DNA from: Acanthaster planci
Taxonomy: Eukaryota
Length of the DNA stretch: 64,000 nt
Direction of reading: 5' to 3'
Assembly (NCBI RefSeq): GCF_001949145.1
Contig: NW_019091355.1
Span: forward strand, 4,785,518 to 4,849,517
The position numbers and the translations under genes were made by a program. Shown here one piece after another: positions 53,986 through 64,000 of the stretch. The notes under the pieces were generated by a model that searched no databases, was not told where the DNA came from, and worked only from the letters and a program-made list of their open reading frames with translations. Each line of letters opens with the position of its first letter. Within the stretch, counting starts at the first letter, position 1.

Positions 53986-56900
53986 TTTAGTGTAAATCAC
54001 ACAGAATCTAGTTGGCATTTACACGGCAAGTTAGCAGCAAAGTTAAGGCCGCTTCATACCGGTAATTAGGCCCACATATTTGTATGCAAAAGAGAACATG
54101 AACACAAATGTGTGGTGTCAGACCAAATATCTGTATTTTTTGCTCTGTGAAAATGAGTCACACATCTCCAGAGCCACTTTTGAGTTAAAGGCCTTTGAAG
54201 AATCTTGCACTGTGTTTAAGCGATAGGAATCGTGAACATTTTAACATCTACACAACGTCCATTTCCATCATACCAAACTGAGTGACACGTCAAAGGAAGA
54301 GCTCAAATTCTTCAATCTCATACAAAGTGAAACTCAAAAGTAGCTCCGCAGACTTGTGGCTCATTTTTACAGAGCGGGTCACATTTGTGCTGCGAATTCA
54401 CGAAAAAATGACCATACATTTCAACCCCGACAAATTTTGCTCGCAAACGTTTCGTCACGTCAAATGTTCTTCCTTTTTCCAAATATGACACAGCCTTTAC
54501 AGTTATTAAAGCTGATGATAAAAAAAAAATATCGATATCGTCAAGAACAACAATATCGATATCACCGAGAAGGAAAAGGACACATACATGTACGTGTACA
54601 CTGTAAACTGTGCGTGCAGGCCATATTCATTTACAAGGTGCAGTCCATTAGGCTTCTGGTTTGGATATCCAAGCCAAGGCTTGCCATTATTGGAGGCAAA
54701 TTGAATTACCTTACCCCAAAATTGGGAATTATGGAGTATGTATGAGCATGCATCCTTCATGGGAAAAATACTGAAGAACATTATCTTGCGTCAAGTCCCG
54801 AGTGACACCGAAACACACTGCAGGGTGTCTAGTTCCATGGCATGTCTGTACATCGAAAGCAAACCAAATGCACTGTGCATGGACATTTTATTGGTGTCAA
54901 TAAAAAAACATCTCACAGTGAACCAGTGAAACGCGTTCTGAAACTTGTACAAATGTGGGACGTAGATATAATGTATTTTCTGGGCTTGTGTAAACACACT
55001 GTCTCATAAACAACTTTTTCTCTTTTCTTTGAAATAGATTTTTCTCCTGAGATTTTCCAGATGGATGCCAGTCATGTTCTTGTCAGCAGCCAGAAAATGA
55101 GGCCAGAGATTTAAGGTCTAAATTTGCCCAACATTTCACATTAAAAACATCTGAAATCAGGCTTTAGCCTGAAAAGTCAAATCCCAGTTCCAACACCCCC
55201 CCCAAAAAAAGGGTAAAGCAAAGTGCTTGATGTTCTTTTTCCATTCTTCTGAAGCTGCGATATTACCAGGTTTCGTCATGCATGATTTCACCCTGTCCCT
55301 CTCATGCCAGCGTTTCCTCTACACACCCACCCAGAGAATTCCCAGGGCTACTGGACCCAAGCTGGCTTGGGTGGCCATTAATCCCTCCCCACTGGTTATC
55401 AACACCTTGTCCTGAGGTGTTTGAGCACAAGAGGGGTCATCCCAGTTCGGAAGAGCGTACTGTGCCCACAGAGGGCGTTTCAGTGACAACATGCTCTACT
55501 ATGACTGAGGAGGGCCCGTTTCATGACATTTATCATAGAAGTTCTGTACAGAAGACTGAAACAGTAATGAGAACCACCAGGACGAGACGGCGAATTACAT
55601 GTACATGTTGGCATACATGTAAGCACACCTTTCCAACCCCACAGACCACAGAAATTATCTTATCAACGGATTAAGCATGGTCAGGGAGACAAGTCATCAA
55701 ACAGAAATCAACATGGCAAAGTTTAAACAACTTTTCTGGATTAAGTGGAAAGGTATTGTACATATGACACCTGAAAAAGCAACATATGTTTCCTTAAAGT
55801 ACTACAGAACCTCTATGACAAAGTCAAAACTTGCTGGTATGCTGGATGAAATGATGAAACAGGTAGCCTGAGATACCATCACAGGCTCATTATTCCCCTG
55901 TAGTTACAGTATCTGCTGGTTAAATGACACCATAGAATTTGGCCAACTGAACACATGACAGTAGGCACAGACAGTTTTATTTGATCTTGTCCACTTACAA
56001 AGTACGAGGTTATCCAACACAGATGTACCATAAACAAGTTACATGTGCTTGTACTGTACACGTACTTCAGTGGTGTGTGTGTTTGTGTACATTTAAGAAA
56101 TATCTGAAACAGCAAACAGGTCCTGGCCAACTGGTACTCAGAATGCAACCAAACTGTATTATATTCAATTCTTTTAAAGTTCACCAACTGTCACGATTGT
56201 CAATACAGCAAGGGGTAGTCTACACAATGATCCAATTTAATGTTTCAATGGCGACGGTAAACATGAACTGATTCAAAGAACTGTTGGCCATGAGTCATGA
56301 TGGTTTTTTTTCTTTGCAAATGTGCTCCCAACGCAAATCCGACTCCCACTCACGGGGAATTCACAGAAAGGGTAAATATACCACGAATGTAGCTACGAAT
56401 GTTTGTGAGCCTATTCAACTTGTGACGACGAATGAAATGAAGTGTGTTACACATGTACATGTAGGTAATGAATTGGCTTCAAGCGACCCTGCATTTGAGA
56501 AACATGTTTCAATTTTGCCATCCTTAATTAATCATGCCACCATCAGGTTCACATGGTAAAATGTTGTACAAAATAATTGCAGATGGTTCCCTAATTTCAA
56601 GCCAACAGATATCCATTAAGTAGAATTCCTGACTAAAAAAATGGGCTATTCCTTCTAAAGACACAAGGAGAGGCGACAACTTGATGACATACACAAGAAT
56701 TTTGCATACATTGCTTTTATTACTTTTTGCGGTCATCTCTTCAACCTTTCTGCCATAAATCAACCTGCCATTATTTTCTTATAAATCGTCATAGCATGCA
56801 GACGTGTCCACACCAAGCCCAGGGATAAAGAAATCGTCTTGGTATTACATGTTCACAAATCATTCAGTTTTCTTCAAGTATTTCTTAAACCTGCTTGATT

Positions 56901-59684
56901 AACATGTGCCGGTAGGTGCTCAAATCCGATGTATTTTTACATTCTTCCTTGGGCTAGCCAAGGGCAACCAATCGATGGACACCTTTATGGACTTTGAAAA
57001 ATAAATCTGTCATCTTTTCCCAGCTCGTCCTTACATGTACATGTATCTCCAACACTGACTAAGTAACTGCGACTCCAGCAGGCTGATTGGATTTCTCTAC
57101 GTGCTGCCAGAAATGTGTGACATTTGACGGCCTAGAACCCTCCAGTTCCCATCAGCCTCTCCTCTCCCCTCTTCCTTTCACCCACCCTCGTCCTGCATGT
57201 GTGAGCAATATCGACGCATCTGACTCCATTATATTCAGTGGCTCACTGTGACGGCTTGCGCAAGAATATCGGACGACGTTCCCAGACTTTGTAATGTCAG
57301 AGTTCATGGGATTGTCCGATTGTCAGATACTAAGCTGTCTGCAGCCACCCGTTTATTGAACAGTGACCAGACTGACCACAGCAATGTACCGGTACAGTAC
57401 ATGTACGGGCACGTACATGTAGTCTCACTTTTGAGTAGGTCATAATTAAGCATTTAAGTCCGCACACAACATGAACAGGGCTTACTGTGTGTACATCCAT
57501 GCTTTAAAATATGGCTGGCATGCTGTCAATCAATAATAAATGAAATACAGGTAGATTTATACAATGGCATACGTGTATGTATACAATTAGTGTCAGGACT
57601 CTTGCTCAAGTTGACATTTGTACACATAGTATGGATTATACATGTACATATCAGACCTTACATAAATTGCCATGGTATGATGTATACAGGGGCACTACTC
57701 AATAGCTGGTTAATTAAAAGGTAAATATGTGGGCTAACAGGTACATGTAGAGGGTCAATTTAAACCATACGGTTACATGTACATGTGGTGTGCAGTACAA
57801 TGTACATGTAGACACATGAGGACTGGGAAGTCTTGTTAATTAAAGGCAATATTTCCGACATGCAAATTAAATCTTACAGAGATACATGTACCGGTACAAG
57901 CAAGCCTTTTACTTAGAGTTTTATGATTTTTTTTATTGTTTAAAATGCCATGCACATCTTGTGATTTGTGGCTTTCAATCAAATGTGTACTCAGTTAAAC
58001 AATTTACAGTCTTGGCATTATTTGTTTTAAGTATCTGTATGGCATGTACATGTGCATGTATCTCTAAAATACCGGCACCGGTTGATTTATATTTCAAGCA
58101 GCAGGGATCATATTTATATGACACTGCATCACACATTTAAGGTCCAAGCCATTATTCATGGGCCAAGAGAGTACCCAAGCATATTGCACGTATTACATTC
58201 ACTACAGGAACAAGACACTGTGCACATAAATAGTTTAGATCTCTGAAATGTCACACTGCACCATACCGTGACCAGCACCAATAATGATCTGGTGTGCTCT
58301 CTGGTGCGTTCTTGTAAATTATATTTAGTTGAAGGGATTAAATTTCAAATTCAGACTGTATTTGGCAGCTGTTCATCAAAGAACAACCCATCAGAATCCT
58401 AAAACTTGTGGCAACCTTAATGCTATAATTTTACCCGCCAACTTCAAGGTTCTACAACATCATGTTCTGGGGATTTTGTTATGCGTTCAGGATACAAATA
58501 GTACTGGTATGTACAGTACACAGTGTGAGAGGTACAGCCTAAGCAAGTGTACGGTACCTATCTCTTGAAAGTGTACATTTGAAGGTGACAGTTTTGGAAA
58601 ACATTACTACCGTCTTAAAACCTTGGCCACTTGTACTGTATACATGTGTGAACTTAATCCTTTGATTCCAACGTTGTGTATACATGTAACTTACATGTAC
58701 ATGCATAACCCAAGGTCATCAGAAATAATGAAGACTTGATGATCAGTCACAACAGAGGGCCATATGAAACCCCAAGTTACAAGTTCACAGCTGCACGAAG
58801 CATATGGTACATTCCATCGCAGATACCGTACCGGTACATGTACTGTACTGTAGGCCCCTGGATGAGTTTTACAGCACTGACTGCGTTGAGGGAACATGAC
58901 CATATCATATCATGCACAAGACAACCAATATGCTTCATCCACAGCATGCCGCACATTCCCAAGGTTGGACCTTATTAAAGTTTTTCTCTCTCTTGTTTTT
59001 TTTTTTATTTGCTGAAGAATTCAGCAATTTGCAGAAAGGGCTTCAAAAAACATTAGTTTTTTTTACAAAATGAAGGCTCAATCAGGTGAAATGGCTTAGC
59101 GCCTGTGAATGATCTGAATTACTGCTGCATTAGCAGGGCACAGGTGCATGACGATGGGCATTACCTTTGTACAGCTTTTGTTTGGTTTAACTGCCTCATA
59201 AATCGACTGCAAACAGTGATGTACATGTACTAGCGTAGTAACTCACAGCTAGGTTTGATTCTGCAGCCAAACAGGCGACAGCAACAAGCTAGTCAAACTT
59301 AGAAAATGGGCTACAACTTTCAAACTGTTATTATCCCTTCGTAGAATTCTGCTGTTCTGAGACTTAGAGATTCTGCCTTCAAATTCCACATTAAATCTTT
59401 ACAGTTCAACTTTGAGGGTATACACTGTAATGCTACATGTTCACATGTACATCCCGGAGGAGGCAAGGCAGACTATTCCTTCTGTCACAAGGTGAATTGT
59501 TGCTGGGAGATTACTCTTCTGATTTTGTCATATTCGTTGTATGTTTGTATGGTTTTTATGATTGTATAATTCCTTTTTATGCCCAACATATTGGAAGTAT
59601 AACTTCAGTACTCCTTTTTATGCCAAGTGTATTTAAAGTAACAAGTCTTTGTGAACGTTCAGGGGTCTTTTATATATAAAATAT

Positions 59685-59814
59685 GTGACTCTAGTCACAA
59701 GTCCCCAAGCTCAAGTCTGAGTCATCATGGTCGAGTCTGAGTTCAATTCATTTTCTGATGTGACTCAAGTTGAGTCTGAGTCACCAAAAAAGTGGCTCGA
59801 GTCCTACAACACTG
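59685..59814. mobile_element. Remnant of a hAT-like element end with repeated GAGTC/GACTC subterminal motifs
   Basis: Clustered gtgactc, agtctgagtca, tcgagtctgag and ctcgagtc motifs end in ctacaacactg (reverse complement CAGTGTTGTAG, a CAG-type terminus). No partner end was seen. Confidence 0.5.
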
Positions 59815-62065
59815 CTGGGAAGCACTTTTAACACCAAGCTCATGGCACTCTGTGCCTCACTGTAAATTTACCAGGTCCCAACATTACAAAAAACTCAGCT
59901 GTCTCCTGGCTCTCATAAGGCCTAGAGCTACATTTCATGGGTCATTATTGAAGGGGTAACATCAAGACATGTTGAAAATGGGTTCCCAATCTTAAATAAC
60001 AACTCCCGAGAAACCTGTCACCCTATTCTAGGGATCATGGGAAAAAGTATAATGTTACGGTTCTATCTTCCCTTCATACAAAATGAAGATGGTACATTTT
60101 GCAGAAGTTGTAGGCATTTCCCTTGACAACGGCTGATGGATTCCATATGAGTGAGAGCACCCTTGAAAGGGACAGACAATTCCAATTGACCTTTGCAGGC
60201 AAAAAGTGCATGAACTGACAGGGCACACATAACACTTGTTTACAGAGAGCAGCAGGCATTGAAAATCCAAGATACCAAAATTTAATAATAGCAGTTCTAG
60301 GCTTGTTGATTTGTGTGCACATGTGTGTATCTTTTTTTTAATCCAAAATCAGGCTTTTCTTTGTAATTTCATGTCCAACTGAATTTATTCAAAAATACTT
60401 GTACATGAGTGATATATACATCAACAGTTTAACAATGAATTGACTTTGACAAAATGAAATAATATGAATATGTAAATGGCAAATAACTCCAAAACGCAAA
60501 ATGCCACTGGGATGAATTACATATCAAATGAAAGCTTAGGATATGAGCAATTTAATTATATACATGTAGAATTCAAATTTTTAAAAATGTGACATAATAC
60601 ACCTTTTGCAGAGTAAGTCACATTTATTCCCTTATTGATACATGTAACACAGTGATCATGATGTAATGTATTTTCAGCATACACACGTAAAGAGCTTCAT
60701 GCCATATTTGAAGATGTAACAAAACAACAGCCAATGCGTTTGCATGCATGTTGATTATACAGTTCACACTTTGATAGAGGTGGCAATGGCCCTTACTGCT
60801 GGATAGAATATTTCACATTTCAGTGAGCAGCTGCTTGCCTGATATGGACTTCACACCATCTACAACTGTGGCCACGCAGCTGGTCAACACGAGATCACAC
60901 CCTGGCTGGCAGGAGCCTGTACCAGACATCTTAGTCTGGATCCCAGAAGGGACAGTTACGTGTATACAATACATGCACAGTTGTGGTCAATAATGCTTGA
61001 CAAGCACCAGCCCACCTGCAAGCCACAATGCTGTTTCTAAGCCCCACCATTCTGCGAGACACCGTCAACAGAGGTGGGTACAATTTGCTGAAGTGTGAGG
61101 GTAGGGTGTCATCTGAACTTACAAAACTTAAAGAAGATCACAGAGAATTGAAGAGGACAATTTTTCAATTTTTAATTCCAGGAGGTCTTTTTCTCAGCAA
61201 TTTTACCCCACACAATATTGTCTCAGTTCATCTGTCCCTCATACTCATTGCCATTCATACTCAAAATTCATATGGCAATTCTCAAATTAAGCAAAATAAG
61301 CTGGCCGAGAGAAACGGAAAAGAATGAAAGAAGTTTCAGTTTAGAAATTCAAACATCTCTTCACAAAAGATTTAAGCCCCGACATCAGGCAACACTACAC
61401 TCACAAACGTACATGCATGATTGACTTCAACCACAGATATAATATAAACACGCTTATGCAAATTTATGCCATGCTAAAATAAGCGGCATTGTTCATTTAC
61501 ACACTGAATGTGTAAAAGTTGAAATTTGAGAAGAAAAAGGTACACGATAACTAGTAATTTTAATATTATGTCTTTGTACATTAACATTATGCTCTTTCAC
61601 CATAAATTCCCCCATCACAATATACGCGTAAGGCTTGCATTATTGATGTGTCCTTGGCCTCACTGGTGTGTATATGTAAACACATGTATGATTAACCTCA
61701 CGCAGACATATTCTGTACATCTAACACAACAGTTGTCTTTTTATCAATGAAAAGCCTAGCTGCCTTTATGCTAATTACTGTCACAGAATGGCGTTGCCTT
61801 AAAGGATTTATGCAATATGTTCATCGACAGGTGTATAGCACTTTTTTTGACGGGGGCAACTGTTTTGTCCATGACAAGCACGTACACACGTACTGTACAC
61901 CAACCTTCTACACCTACCGGTACATGTACACGTCGGTACATGTAGGTCTACATATAATTGCGGTGTGGACCTGTGAAAAAATGAGGTCTGCGGCACATAA
62001 TGCAGGTTGCGCAAACTTTGTGTGGACTGCGGTACATGTACATGCACATACTGTAGACGCACATA

Positions 62066-62125
62066 TACATGTACTGGTACAAGTATCCATGTACATGTAC
62101 TGGTACAAGTATCCATGTACATGTA
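62066..62125 (+). repeat. 26-bp tandem repeat x2.3
   Basis: tacatgtactggtacaagtatccatg at 62066 and 62092, partial copy at 62118. Confidence 0.85.
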
Positions 62126-62450
62126 GACCAGGTCCACACAAGGTAACCCCGAACCAGAAAATAGTTTGAGACGCATTTTGGGGTTACGGTGGTTGGTAGC
62201 AAACGGAAGAGGAACAATACAAGAAACCAGAGTAATAAAAAAATCCAGTTTGATAGAGAATTCACAGAGCAAGGAAAGAGTATTTTCACCACGTTTTAAG
62301 TAAAGGAAACTTTAAACAAAAGTCCAAGCTACTGCATACACATGTACGTGCACATGTGCTTAGGTGACATACATGTACAACTACCGGTCGGTGCATCTAC
62401 ATGTACATGTGCATGCCATGCACATACCGTACATGTACATGTAGATGTAC

Positions 62451-62513
62451 ATGTATACATAATTAATGTATACATAATTAATGTATACATAATTAATGCA
62501 TACATAATTAATG
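62451..62513 (+). repeat. 15-bp tandem repeat (ATGTATACATAATTA) x4
   Basis: Units at 62451, 62466, 62481 and 62496 (one T>C). Confidence 0.9.
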
Positions 62514-64000
62514 CCATGCACATACATGTAGATGTATATATAATTATGATTAGATAATTATACACAGATACATAATTTATTCATAATTAGCAGGTACATG
62601 TATGTATAAACTGTAACTCACACTTTTTCATGACACAAGTTTTCAATTAGAATGGAATCAGCAGAACTGAACCACAAAAGAAGTAAACCTGACATTTGAA
62701 CTCTCTTTAAATTGTGAACTACATACATGGCCAACTCTTTAAACGACATGTGCATGTACACTGTACATGTATATACTCATATATTAGAAAAAAAGGATGT
62801 TAGAAAACAAAGTGCCCTCTGTAGGTACCCTTTCAGTCCCGATGCAATGTACCTACATGTACATGTAGGGTACATGAGTGTCCATGTACTGGTAATGTGC
62901 CCCTCGCTTTTTTTTTTTTAACTGGTGGTTTCAATTTCAAAACAACTCCTTGCAAACTGAATGTGACATGATCTGACACTATGAGATTTTTTCCAGCCCT
63001 GCTCTCCCATATGGCTATGCCTACATCTCTGTGATATTCCTGGTACAATGAAGGACAGTCCTATCGCACGATCCATTTACAATGCACAGGCAGACAGGGA
63101 CGGTTTACTGGTCACACCCCTCCCGCTCCGAGGGTCTATGTACAAAATTGCTGTGCATTCACTCCCGGACTAAAGTCCACGGCCCACATGAACAGAAATG
63201 GGGGTACACTACAGGTGCCTGGATACGATACAGATCCACAGGTTGAAATACTGCAGAATAATAAGTCTGTGGGTTACGTGTACACGCACCACTAGCCTTT
63301 GGATTCAAGTACATGTACATGTTGTCTGATTTCGGCACAGATTATGCAATTACACACAGGTATCTTGCACATGAACCCACATCTTTTAAGAAGTGGCCCG
63401 TAAAAATTTCCCAAAGTTCTACCCAAGTGTAAGACTACTGTACATACCAGGAACATTGTGGTAGATTTTAAGCATTGGGAGGAGGAGTGGCCGAGTGTAT
63501 AGAAATAAAGGTCCTGTGGGCAACCTTCCGGGTTTTAAACAGCATTTGAAAATTCTCTGTCCAAACAAGACCTGTAATTGAAATACATGTGCAAGGTGCC
63601 TAAAATGAAGCTTGTGTATATGCTTTCCACAAAAAAAATAGGTTGAAATAAAGTGGGGACTTATAAAATTGACCCAGAGGGTGTACCTACCGTACATGTG
63701 CACAGATGCATAGACCCTCTCTGCAGCTGAGCAACTGGTAAGAAAAGCTTTGAATCAGCACTGCAAGACATTTAGCACCTGGCTGCCAGAGTGTGAAATC
63801 TGCAACAATTTAGGCCGTTTCCCAATACTCAACTTGGGCTCCGTCTCAGGCTTCAACTGTTTTTACTTCCTGACTTTGAGGTTATAAGCTTAATAGCAAG
63901 TCTGATAGTGCCACAAAACATCAAGTAAAATGCAAAAGAGCCAAACATTACAGTATTTTTATTTAAGTTGAACGCTTCAGGCCCACAATCGAGGATTGGT

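Noticed and set aside
53080..54069. ORFs of 288-320 aa
   Set aside because: Artefacts of the N gap.
61747..62565. His/Val/Tyr/Met/Cys/Thr-rich ORFs, also at 23753-24246, 16427-16712 and 42776-43058
   Set aside because: Translations of TACATG repeats (VHVH, MYMY, TCTC), which lack stops in most frames.

Overview
AT-rich, CpG-poor eukaryotic DNA, almost entirely non-coding, with two assembly gaps (N at 2241-2324 and 53132-53985). The very high density of TACATGTA/TACATG motifs and the MITE types suggest a marine invertebrate, possibly an echinoderm (inference only). No long ORF in the track looks like a real protein. The best-supported coding feature is one 99-nt phase 0/0 minus-strand exon at 498-596. 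Most of the window is probably the long 5' intronic region of that unidentified gene, which continues left of position 1. Upstream on the minus strand are several candidate alternative first or cassette exons ending in phase-0 donors (MTLIR, a Cys-cluster exon, MRFGCALDECVCFLHW, MGKK), often next to CpG-retaining patches. The rest is short non-autonomous DNA transposons (Tc1-like, Harbinger-like, Kolobok-like, hAT-like), fold-back elements, a 94-bp x3 tandem repeat and simple repeats. The main hypotheses are: (i) the TAC-NN-GTA motif family is accumulated Tc1/mariner excision footprints, with one internal example seen as a 6-bp arm asymmetry in a MITE; (ii) an AG|GT recursive-splice-like exon encodes a Cys cluster; (iii) a set of alternative N-termini splices to a common exon. 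No rRNA, tRNA, CRISPR or transposase ORF was recognised.
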